Translations under genes and position numbers: made by a program
The notes under the pieces: model-generated
Told to the model about the DNA's origin: nothing
What the model saw: only the letters and a program-made list of their open reading frames with translations
The model's database searches: none
Origin: a virus
Taxonomy: Duplodnaviria; Heunggongvirae; Uroviricota; Caudoviricetes
Strand: one strand, 5' to 3'
DNA length: 64,000 nt
Virus record (IMG/VR): IMGVR_UViG_3300026302_000005
Span: 96,001-160,000 of that record
In this document: piece after piece, positions 10,621 to 18,799 of the stretch
How positions within the stretch are numbered: position 1 is the first letter of the stretch
How the letters are laid out: each line of letters opens with the position of its first letter

Positions 10621-11427
10621 ATGCACAGCGCAAACCGCGCTTTCGAGGCATCCGTGATGATTCGCGGACGACCTGTGAAAGAAGTCCACCACCGTGGAAA
10701 AACGTATATCGAAGGCCGCTCCGGCACCGATTACACCCTTGAATTCAGAAGTCATGAGCGAACCCGCGTCTTGGTGATCCCAAGCGTCGATGGTCTATGT
10801 GTGGTCGATGGCAAGCCAGCCGGTCGCAACAGTCCTGGGTTCATCGTCGAGCCCTATCAGACCATCCAGGTTCCCGGATGGATCGTTGATCAGGCAACTG
10901 CGGCGAAATTCGTGTTCTGGCCTCAGGATGCACGTGGGCAGAAGACCTACGTGGAAGAACTCCAGAAGTCTGGTGCCCGAGTGGACATTGGCAACCAGGG
11001 CCTGATCGGCTTCCTGGTTCTGGAAGAGCACTTCACCCCTACCCTGCGATACACCGGGGGAGTGATGTCACCGAAGGATGCAGGTATCTGGCAAAACGCC
11101 GGGTTCAACACCACACAGTTCTCGGCTGAAAACCAGGCGCGTGGCATCGCATGTTCGACTGGATCGCTAAATGCGATGTCACAGGCATCAACACCACTCG
11201 GAACCGGGTTTGGTGAGGCTACGGATTTCAGCACCCGCACTGGTGAGTTCAAACGTGGTCGCACCATCGGGGAGTTCGTGTTCGAATACGACACGCTCCG
11301 TGGATTGAAGGATCGCGGTGTTCCAGTCCAGTTCTTCACCGGATCGGACAAGCTCTATGGTGAACGGACTGCATTCCCGGCTGATACCGGGGTGGGGTGC
11401 AAACCACCGGCTGGGTGGAAAAAATGA
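10621..11427 (+). CDS. Conserved phage/bacterial hypothetical protein
   Basis: YIEGR.G..Y.L...RVL...SVDGL.V.DG...G.IV......VPGW motif and a C-terminal LGTGFGE. Confidence 0.7.
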   Translation: MHSANRAFEASVMIRGRPVKEVHHRGKTYIEGRSGTDYTLEFRSHERTRVLVIPSVDGLCVVDGKPAGRNSPGFIVEPYQTIQVPGWIVDQATAAKFVFWPQDARGQKTYVEELQKSGARVDIGNQGLIGFLVLEEHFTPTLRYTGGVMSPKDAGIWQNAGFNTTQFSAENQARGIACSTGSLNAMSQASTPLGTGFGEATDFSTRTGEFKRGRTIGEFVFEYDTLRGLKDRGVPVQFFTGSDKLYGERTAFPADTGVGCKPPAGWKK

Positions 11428-11669
11428 GATACCCCTGGAATGAAGTAGAACTTCCAGTGACCATCCCGGAACGGTATCTGATGAACCCGCCCGTGCCACA
11501 TCCGGATTTTCCGGATCAGTCATCGGCTATTCCGCGAATGCCTTCGCCCCCAGTCATGATGGGATGGCAATGTCCAAGGTGTGGGGCAGGCAATGCCCCA
11601 CACGTCTCCAGATGCGGCTGTATGCCCATCCCATTCAATATCACCTCAACCACAGGAACATCCCTATGA
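11424..11669 (+). CDS. Small Pro-rich protein with Zn-ribbon
   Basis: GWQCPRCG...P....C.C motif, with ATGA overlaps at both ends. Confidence 0.65.
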   Translation: MRYPWNEVELPVTIPERYLMNPPVPHPDFPDQSSAIPRMPSPPVMMGWQCPRCGAGNAPHVSRCGCMPIPFNITSTTGTSL

Positions 11670-12412
11670 CCCTCGTAATCGCTCCCGGTGTCACCGACAC
11701 CACCAACTTCAAACCCATCAACGGCGACACCCTCCTGGTGTATCTGATCGACCGTTCTGGATCGATGCGATCCTGCTGGGAAGGCACCATCGGTGGCCTG
11801 AACATCGACATCGAAACTCAGAAGCAGTCCGATGACGGTAAGACCGAAGCTGCCGTCTTTTTCTTCGACGGGGATCGCACCTATGGGTCTTGGAACAACA
11901 CCAAGACGCGCCTGGTCAAACCATTCGAAGGCAATCTGATGGAAGCCATCCAGTTCAGCCAGACCGATACCAGCTATGGTCCTCACGGATCGACACCGTT
12001 GTATGACGCCGTGGGTCAGATGATCACAGAAGTTGAAGGCCGTGTGGCAGCAACCGATGGGATCGTCAACGTGATCGTTTCGATCTTCACCGACGGTGAG
12101 AACACCGACGGGCATGGATACCAGGCCGATGAAGTCAAGCGGATGGTCGAAGCCGCCCAAGGTCGCGGGTGGACGTTCACCTACTTCGGTGCGAACCAGG
12201 ATGCCTGGAAAGTCGGTGGTAGCTTCGGCATCGCCAAGGGTAACACCATGGCTTATGACACCACGAGTATGGCCCAGACTATGGCTACGGCCAGCATCGC
12301 TCGATCCGCTCATGTTGGGATGTCCAAGCTGGCTGCATCTCAGGGCCTCAACTATGCCTCCCAGGCATTCTTTGCCGAGGCGGGCCAGTCAGAGGCCGAC
12401 TACAAGCCGTAA
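11666..12412 (+). CDS. von Willebrand factor A domain protein
   Basis: MIDAS DRSGSM, G.TPLYDA, IFTDGEN, W.F.YFGANQDA. Confidence 0.9.
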   Translation: MTLVIAPGVTDTTNFKPINGDTLLVYLIDRSGSMRSCWEGTIGGLNIDIETQKQSDDGKTEAAVFFFDGDRTYGSWNNTKTRLVKPFEGNLMEAIQFSQTDTSYGPHGSTPLYDAVGQMITEVEGRVAATDGIVNVIVSIFTDGENTDGHGYQADEVKRMVEAAQGRGWTFTYFGANQDAWKVGGSFGIAKGNTMAYDTTSMAQTMATASIARSAHVGMSKLAASQGLNYASQAFFAEAGQSEADYKP

Positions 12413-12426
12413 CTGGATCGATCCGG

Positions 12427-12450
12427 AAGGGGCCCCTCGGGGCCCCTTTT
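12427..12450. terminator. Intrinsic terminator between convergent genes
   Basis: AAGGGGCCCCTCGGGGCCCCTTTT hairpin. Confidence 0.8.
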
Positions 12451-12459
12451 GATTCCAGA

Positions 12460-12675
12460 TCAATTCTCCCCGATACCCAGATACATGTCGATCACATCGT
12501 ATTCCGGGCGATGCGGCGAGCGGAGGGCATAGATGTAGCCGATCACGAGCGGCATTGCCACGACGGCCAGAACGGTGAGCAGGTGGGTCATGATGGTCTC
12601 CAGTTGCGGGGTTATGGTGATAGCGTTGACGAATGGTTCTGCCATTGCAACCAGGGAAGCAAACAGTTTGATCAT
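12460..12675 (-). CDS. Small membrane protein
   Basis: Hydrophobic segment. Upstream minus-strand TTGACT...GATATAC promoter at about 12714-12742. Confidence 0.5.
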   Translation of the reverse strand: MIKLFASLVAMAEPFVNAITITPQLETIMTHLLTVLAVVAMPLVIGYIYALRSPHRPEYDVIDMYLGIGEN

Positions 12676-12779
12676 CTGATTCCCCGAGTTGGGCTGGGTT
12701 GCGTCATGAAGGTTGTATATCAGGGTCTTCCCGGAAAGTCAATCGTCATGAATCATAAATACCATGAGGGAGACACCAC

Positions 12780-13586
12780 ATGTCCGGATCATATCTGCTA
12801 GAGCCAACTGAGATCGAAGAGCTTTCTGAGGAAGCCAAGAAGCGCCTGGAAAGGCTCTACTATCATTGCAACGTGCGTCTCGGTGGAACCAGTATCCCGG
12901 TTCACCTGGAAGATGACGATTACACCTATGCGTTCGAGTCAGCCGTAAACCTGTATCGAACCCGATCAAGCCGCAGTATCAACCAAACCTTCGGGTTTGT
13001 CGAACTCCAGCCGGGTCAGGCTATGTATCAGCTTCATGAGCGGGTAGACGTGGTGAAGAAGGTGGCCCGAGCCGGTGCTGGGTTTGGTGGAACCAGTCAG
13101 CTTGGTGCCTTTGAGTCGTTTGGTGCGGCCACCCTGAACTCACTCATGCGTGGTGTAGCCGGGGGCCCGGGCGGCGTCGATCTTGCAACCTGGGACTTTA
13201 CTGCTCAATACATGGAAACCATCGAACGACTTTTTGCTCGTGAGATCAACTTCTCCTTCCGCAATGAAGACCAAACCCTTATCATCCATCAGACTGTTGG
13301 AGCACGGGAATGGATTTTGCTGGAAGTGTCGGTGCTCAAGCCTCTTTCATCATTGTTGGCTGATCATTGGGCATACGATTGGTTGCAGAAATACACCCTG
13401 GCGGTATGCAAAACCATCCTGGGGGAGAAATACTCCTTGTTCGCCACCATTAGTGGCCCACAGGGTGGATCGGTCATGAAGGGTGAACAACTCAAGCAGG
13501 CCGGTAACGATGAGATGACCAAGCTGGAAGACGACTTGATGGTCTGGGGTGATAGCTCGGATATTCCGCTGCCGATCCGAGGATAA
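12780..13586 (+). CDS. Neck protein (T4 gp13-like)
   Basis: RLGG..I.V.L, WLQKYTLA.CK.ILGE.YS.F..I.GPQGG...GE.LK motifs; TAAATAC late motif at 12756. Confidence 0.85.
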   Translation: MSGSYLLEPTEIEELSEEAKKRLERLYYHCNVRLGGTSIPVHLEDDDYTYAFESAVNLYRTRSSRSINQTFGFVELQPGQAMYQLHERVDVVKKVARAGAGFGGTSQLGAFESFGAATLNSLMRGVAGGPGGVDLATWDFTAQYMETIERLFAREINFSFRNEDQTLIIHQTVGAREWILLEVSVLKPLSSLLADHWAYDWLQKYTLAVCKTILGEKYSLFATISGPQGGSVMKGEQLKQAGNDEMTKLEDDLMVWGDSSDIPLPIRG

Positions 13587-13589
13587 CAG

Positions 13590-14195
13590 ATGCGGTTGTT
13601 TGACCTCTTTGAAGCCTACCCCACTACGCTGACCCCGGCGATGATGAAGCAGATACGTGCGTGGCGGAAGCAATGTCGGATCGACAACGGTGGCGGCGGG
13701 ATGTGCCATGAGGTCTCGGAGATCATCGAAGGCGAGTGGGGTTGGGAACGCAGGGACGGGACCTACTGCAACCACGATGGTCGCATTATCTGTTCTGCCC
13801 ATTACTGGAACATCATGCCGGATGGATCGGTCCTGGATAGCACGGCAGACCAATTTGGTGAAGATGATATCCGGGTGATCAAACCGACTGATCCAGAATT
13901 CAAGCAGTATCGTCCGGAGTGGAGTCCGGATTACCATCCCGGCCATCCAGATTTCCCACCGGATGATCCTGTGCATGCACATGCGTGGGATGGTCGATTT
14001 GACTGGGACGCAGAAAAACAGGACAATTTGCCGATTGGGTGGCAGCACATGGATATCGCGAAGCTTCACCGGCTTCGGTCATATCTGGTTGATCGGTTGA
14101 AGCTGGAACGTGGTTCCATACACAGGGTGACTGACTGGACACGTAAGCAGATCGACCAGGTTGATGCTCGGATCAGAGAGCTTAGCTCTGGGTGA
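13590..14195 (+). CDS. Leader-bearing papain/transglutaminase-fold protein (Cys-His-Asp)
   Basis: MRLFDLFE leader; GMCHEVS, AHYWN and LDSTADQF motifs. Confidence 0.6.
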   Translation: MRLFDLFEAYPTTLTPAMMKQIRAWRKQCRIDNGGGGMCHEVSEIIEGEWGWERRDGTYCNHDGRIICSAHYWNIMPDGSVLDSTADQFGEDDIRVIKPTDPEFKQYRPEWSPDYHPGHPDFPPDDPVHAHAWDGRFDWDAEKQDNLPIGWQHMDIAKLHRLRSYLVDRLKLERGSIHRVTDWTRKQIDQVDARIRELSSG

Positions 14196-14814
14196 TCGTC
14201 CAACTGTTCAGTCTTGATCGACCGATCACCCCACGGGGGGCCGATAGGGCATCAGGGTCTAGTCGATCATTCCACCACACCCCGTCGAGTTGAGTTGTTT
14301 GTTCTACCCATATGGTTACCAAGATATCGAATGTCATACCGGCACTAACTTGATATCCCGCGACTGCATTCAGTTTGGGTGTCCCGACTATACCACCTGG
14401 AATCACTTCAACTTCGGTATCCATATACTCCGCCTCTTGCTCGGCAGTTTCCCTATCAGGAAAATCGGAATGGACGGTATCGTCGAGTTCGTCATCAAAC
14501 CATGAGACCCGATAAATCTCCGCTGACTTTACCAACCTTTTACCAATGCCCCAGGCAATGATCTCGGCTCGGAGAGATTTATTGATCTTGTGAAAGTCCA
14601 AGAACGCCCCATTGGGTTTGACCAATACCCATGTCGATCCCGCAACACCACCACGGGCGATCATACGCCACTCATCTGGATGCAACGAAACTGATAGGCC
14701 CGAACCTTCATAGCTACCAGTTCGCTTCTTTGAAGCATCCATAGACCCTACATGAAAGACTTTGGATATCTTCCGTAGGGGAGTGGTGGCCTCGTATAGA
14801 TTTGAAAGTTTCAT
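14182..14814 (-). CDS. Leader-bearing ADP-ribosyltransferase-like protein
   Basis: MKLSNLYE leader; VFHVG...GLSVS...LDGVWW. Confidence 0.5.
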   Translation of the reverse strand: MKLSNLYEATTPLRKISKVFHVGSMDASKKRTGSYEGSGLSVSLHPDEWRMIARGGVAGSTWVLVKPNGAFLDFHKINKSLRAEIIAWGIGKRLVKSAEIYRVSWFDDELDDTVHSDFPDRETAEQEAEYMDTEVEVIPGGIVGTPKLNAVAGYQVSAGMTFDILVTIWVEQTTQLDGVWWNDRLDPDALSAPRGVIGRSRLNSWTITQS

Positions 14815-16097
14815 ACTGGAGCACTCACATTCGGGTTTTCCCAGATCGGAACTCCCAGCCAGTTTTGAATCCGAACGATCTTGGTCTTTCCACGGAATCC
14901 GATGTCTCGGGTGATTTGGAATGCCAGGTCTTGCGCATCGCGGTGTTCGGTCGGGAAGAGGTTCTTCATTAGCCGTTCGATCAGGGCTACGAACTGTGGA
15001 TGCTCACGAAGCACCATCATCATGTTATTGGAGTTGATGAAGTCCTCTTCAACATGGTCCAGTGCGTAGTTGAATGCTGCCCGCAGCGTGGTCAGGAATG
15101 GTTGTCCAAACCGCCCAAACCGCTCGAAGTGATGAGTGGCAGAGTCCACCAGGCTATCCAATACCTCGCCTCGGTTGGCCTCAGCATACTCGCTGAATGA
15201 TCCCCAATCTTCGAACGTCTCCGGACTTTCCTCGGCCTCTTCGTAATATCGTTCGATGGCGTGATAGATGTCACTGCTGATACCATTGGTGAATAGGTCT
15301 TCGTCCAGGTTGCCGGAGCCCTGGACGTATTGTATCACTATGATGATGGGGTTGCCACCAAATCGACGAACCGCATCCGATGCTGCGGCCTTGGCTTTGC
15401 GCAGGTTGTTGGCCACATACACACCACCAAACGTCTCGTATCCATGCTCCGGATCGTCATCACTACCCGAGTAGGTGCGTTGTGGAGGATTTGCCAATAG
15501 ACCCTGCTTGATAATTCCCCTGATGAACCGGTCGGATGTTCCATGATAGACCAGTTCGGTGTTTTGGATACGACGTTCGGTCAGTTCCCCGACGACTTCA
15601 CCAAGATGCCGTCCGTCCTTACTGTAGCGATCCACTTTAACCGGCTGCATCAGTGCGGTATCGATGATCACCATGGATGTGCTGCCCGGGTCTTCCACGT
15701 TGTTCCGATACAGGATGCTATCGAAGCCTTTGGCAGTCATGATGGTGGACAGAAGATCGATTCTCTTGGCCTCGGTGCGAGCCATGATGATCTCACCACG
15801 TTCTTCTTTCGTGATGAACGGGGGCTTGCGGTAATAGAGGGCATCAGCCAGTCGTATTGCGGTGTGTTGGTCTGCGGAATCTTTGATCCTGGCTGGCTTG
15901 GACGGGACAACCCGGTATGAGTAGACGAAGAACTCATACTGACTGGTGATCATACATTGTATCTGTCCACGGTCGAGTGCGGCTTTCAATGTCCCCAGAT
16001 GGGACATCGGGTTGAGCCCGGTTGGATCAAACTTTTTCGTGCTGGCGTGAAACCACACGTTTTGGTCTGCCTGTTCAAGAAGGTCGAAGAGCCGCAT
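14811..16097 (-). CDS. Leader-bearing two-domain ART-like protein
   Basis: MRLFDLLE leader. Domain 1: WFHAS..SHLGT..AA..GFDSILYRN..EDPGS.S. Junction LTE. Domain 2: VYHGT...IIKQGL...GGVYVA. Confidence 0.65.
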   Translation of the reverse strand: MRLFDLLEQADQNVWFHASTKKFDPTGLNPMSHLGTLKAALDRGQIQCMITSQYEFFVYSYRVVPSKPARIKDSADQHTAIRLADALYYRKPPFITKEERGEIIMARTEAKRIDLLSTIMTAKGFDSILYRNNVEDPGSTSMVIIDTALMQPVKVDRYSKDGRHLGEVVGELTERRIQNTELVYHGTSDRFIRGIIKQGLLANPPQRTYSGSDDDPEHGYETFGGVYVANNLRKAKAAASDAVRRFGGNPIIIVIQYVQGSGNLDEDLFTNGISSDIYHAIERYYEEAEESPETFEDWGSFSEYAEANRGEVLDSLVDSATHHFERFGRFGQPFLTTLRAAFNYALDHVEEDFINSNNMMMVLREHPQFVALIERLMKNLFPTEHRDAQDLAFQITRDIGFRGKTKIVRIQNWLGVPIWENPNVSAPV

Positions 16098-16100
16098 TCA

Positions 16101-16125
16101 TAAATACCTCAGAGGATAGTATTTA
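16101..16125. promoter_or_regulatory. Overlapping divergent late promoters
   Basis: TAAATAC-N11-GTATTTA inverted pair between the ART gene (-) and the gp14-like gene (+). Confidence 0.65.
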
Positions 16126-16129
16126 CCCC

Positions 16130-17311
16130 ATGCCAAAGTTCAAACCGGTCAGACCCTTCGAGTTGTCCCATGATGGCGAGCACTTCGGTGCTCCTGGAAA
16201 GTATGCGGCGTTTGTCCGCGAAGTCACTGAGGTTCAGTTTCAACTCGGTGGTATCTACTGCTACGTCTATCGTCTATTGGGAACCTGGGAGCAGGATCGA
16301 GATATGGTGGGTGTTCTACATAGTGAGCAGGGAGCTACCAAGGATGCAACGGACGTAGGCTCGTTCCTTGGTATTCAAGACCCCATCCTGGGAGAGAACC
16401 GGGACCGGGCCTATGACTTTGAGGAAATCCCCCGGCTCAAGGGTGTGTATCAGATCAGTCAGTCTGAAATGGAACTGCTCCGATTCGGTTACAAATCGAA
16501 CGAGACCGTCAGCATGGAATTCCATCAGGGGCAGGTAGAGCGAGAGCTTGGCCGTCGGTTCATGGAGGGCGACGTAATAGAGCTTCCCCATCTGCGTGAA
16601 GTTGGCCTGGATGGGCGAGTTGCCAACCGTTGGTATGAGGTCAAATCGATCACGTGGTCACCCGGTGGGTATGATCCGACATATCACCGCCACATCGTGG
16701 GGGTCATTCTACAACCGCTTCGTCATCAGCAGGAGTTTATGGACCTGTTTGACAATGTTCGTGATCAATACGGGAAGACCCTGGCGGAGCAGATTTCCAA
16801 CGTCGATAGCATGCAGGCCATCACCGCTGCCATTCAGGAACAGGCTGGATCGCATACCCCAACTACCTGGTGGGATACCTCGATCATGTGGTTTGATCCT
16901 AATCATCCTGATCGCAAGCCCTGGAAGTTTACAGATGATCTCAAGCCGGATAATGGCGAGCCGGTGTTCCAGGGCGAATCATTTCCACCGAACCCAATCG
17001 AGGGTGAATGGTTTTTGCGGTTGGATTTTGAACCGAATCGCCTCTATCGGTTCCAGAACGGAAAATGGAAGCTGCGTGAAGTCGATACTAAGCGTGAGTG
17101 GCAACCGTATAACTGGGTGGTTAAATTGCGCGAATTCATGTCGGATCGAAGCGAAGCAGATCGCAATCGTGGGTGGGAGCTTCGGTCTATTCACGACGTC
17201 ATCACAGATCGCGAGCATCGGTCTGATCCATCTGGCCTTCGTGCGACCAAGAATACCTCACCGAATGAGGGATTGATCGATACCGGTCACACCCTTCCTA
17301 AGAAGAAGTAG
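16130..17311 (+). CDS. Neck/head-closure protein (T4 gp14-like)
   Basis: IQDPILGENRDRAYD, ELLRFG, GDVIELPHL, GGYDPT...H motifs; lies between gp13- and gp15-like genes. Confidence 0.8.
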   Translation: MPKFKPVRPFELSHDGEHFGAPGKYAAFVREVTEVQFQLGGIYCYVYRLLGTWEQDRDMVGVLHSEQGATKDATDVGSFLGIQDPILGENRDRAYDFEEIPRLKGVYQISQSEMELLRFGYKSNETVSMEFHQGQVERELGRRFMEGDVIELPHLREVGLDGRVANRWYEVKSITWSPGGYDPTYHRHIVGVILQPLRHQQEFMDLFDNVRDQYGKTLAEQISNVDSMQAITAAIQEQAGSHTPTTWWDTSIMWFDPNHPDRKPWKFTDDLKPDNGEPVFQGESFPPNPIEGEWFLRLDFEPNRLYRFQNGKWKLREVDTKREWQPYNWVVKLREFMSDRSEADRNRGWELRSIHDVITDREHRSDPSGLRATKNTSPNEGLIDTGHTLPKKK

Positions 17312-17316
17312 CCGCT

Positions 17317-18720
17317 ATGAGATTACTTGATCTTTTTGAGACTACCCAAGGCCGACCCATGTATCACGGATCGTATACCCCCGGGGTGTTACAGAAGGTG
17401 ATCAGAACCGGTCTCAGGGGACAGGTAGAACAAGGGCGGGCCAAACTAGCTCCTATGAAGGGTAGGGTCTATATGACCCCACAGCTTCGCTACGCCATCA
17501 TCTACGCCATTGGTGGTGACATGCTAGGACACAAACAGCCTCCCTCCAGAATCAAACCTGGAGAGAGATACGGGTATGTGTTTGAGATCAGTCCGGATGA
17601 TCTCACCGACGACATCATTCCTGACGAAGATGTCGTCGGGGATGCACTAGCCGCTGCCTATGAGATCGATAAGTTTGGCCGACACAATGAGTTTTCTGAA
17701 CTCGATAAAGAACTTCTGCAACATCCATCTCTTGTGAGAAGTCTCGCATCGCTATTCCACGTCTATACTCGGGATGTTCCGTCCGTCCGTAGAGGGGCCC
17801 TAGATGGGATGATCGCTGATCAGGCTAGGTTGGGAAAGCGGGTATTGAAGTATATGGGCCGGAACGACCCCATTATGAGGCAGCTTCTCCAGTTGAATGC
17901 CGTGCATCAATCCCATGGTGGGCCCGTCATGCCGATTCGGGCCTGGAGGATTGACCGTAGACTCACCCACAAGTTGGCCAAAGATGGGTCGAACTTTTTT
18001 GACGTCGCCAAGCTGGTGTGGGATCGTCGCGCAGTCACGGAGAGTCGAATAGACCTGACCGAACTGATCGGATATGATGAAGTTCAGCAGTATATCCCGG
18101 GTGTGGTCAAAACCATGATGGGTCAGTTTGGTGGCGATAGTGGATTGGAGTATGACGCCTATTCCAGGTTCACCGATCAATACTACGGATGGATTGAATC
18201 TGTGATCGGTGAAGAGCCTAACTACAACAACTTCTCTGACATCGCGGATGAACATCCTGATGTCAAGCAGAAGTTCTGGGACTGGCTCCCATCGTTCATG
18301 AAAGGCCGTGTGGAAGATGCCTATCATGACATCGTTAGTCGGTCTTCCCATCAGAACGGGCTGGTATCGTTGTATCGGGTCATCCGGGCACCTACCGACT
18401 GGTTCCCCGACCATATCGCGGATCGCCCCCTGGGTATCTACTGGAGCTTCGAGATGGACTCTGCCGAAGCCCACTGGGGTGGCGGGGATGGATACAATTG
18501 GATGATCGAAGCCCGGGCACCGATCAGTGCGATCAACTGGCCGGTTACGCTGGAAAACAAGATCATCTACGAGGGTGAAGACGAAATTCGCATTCATGAG
18601 GGCACCCCGGTTGAAGTGGATGAGATTTACGTGCAGAAGTATCATGGGGATCACTGGCTCTTACCGGATGAAATGGACCCTAAGTATCCAGTATTCAAAC
18701 CTATCCAAATGACTGTGTAG
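17317..18720 (+). CDS. Leader-bearing two-domain ART-like protein
   Basis: MRLLDLFE leader. Domain 1: MYHGS...IRTGL...RVYMT. Junction VTE/LTE. Domain 2 has an R-S-E pattern: LYRVI...GIYWS...EGEDEI. Confidence 0.65.
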   Translation: MRLLDLFETTQGRPMYHGSYTPGVLQKVIRTGLRGQVEQGRAKLAPMKGRVYMTPQLRYAIIYAIGGDMLGHKQPPSRIKPGERYGYVFEISPDDLTDDIIPDEDVVGDALAAAYEIDKFGRHNEFSELDKELLQHPSLVRSLASLFHVYTRDVPSVRRGALDGMIADQARLGKRVLKYMGRNDPIMRQLLQLNAVHQSHGGPVMPIRAWRIDRRLTHKLAKDGSNFFDVAKLVWDRRAVTESRIDLTELIGYDEVQQYIPGVVKTMMGQFGGDSGLEYDAYSRFTDQYYGWIESVIGEEPNYNNFSDIADEHPDVKQKFWDWLPSFMKGRVEDAYHDIVSRSSHQNGLVSLYRVIRAPTDWFPDHIADRPLGIYWSFEMDSAEAHWGGGDGYNWMIEARAPISAINWPVTLENKIIYEGEDEIRIHEGTPVEVDEIYVQKYHGDHWLLPDEMDPKYPVFKPIQMTV

Positions 18721-18799
18721 GTCTATATTCCATAGATTTATGATCCACTGTCGCATGGAGCTTCGATGGATAGTTCATAAATACCCCACGGAGTAAATC

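Noticed and set aside
14182-16097. Invertible segment (shufflon) explaining the inverted ART genes
   Set aside because: No flanking inverted repeats or recombinase were seen, and a dedicated minus-strand late motif explains the orientation.
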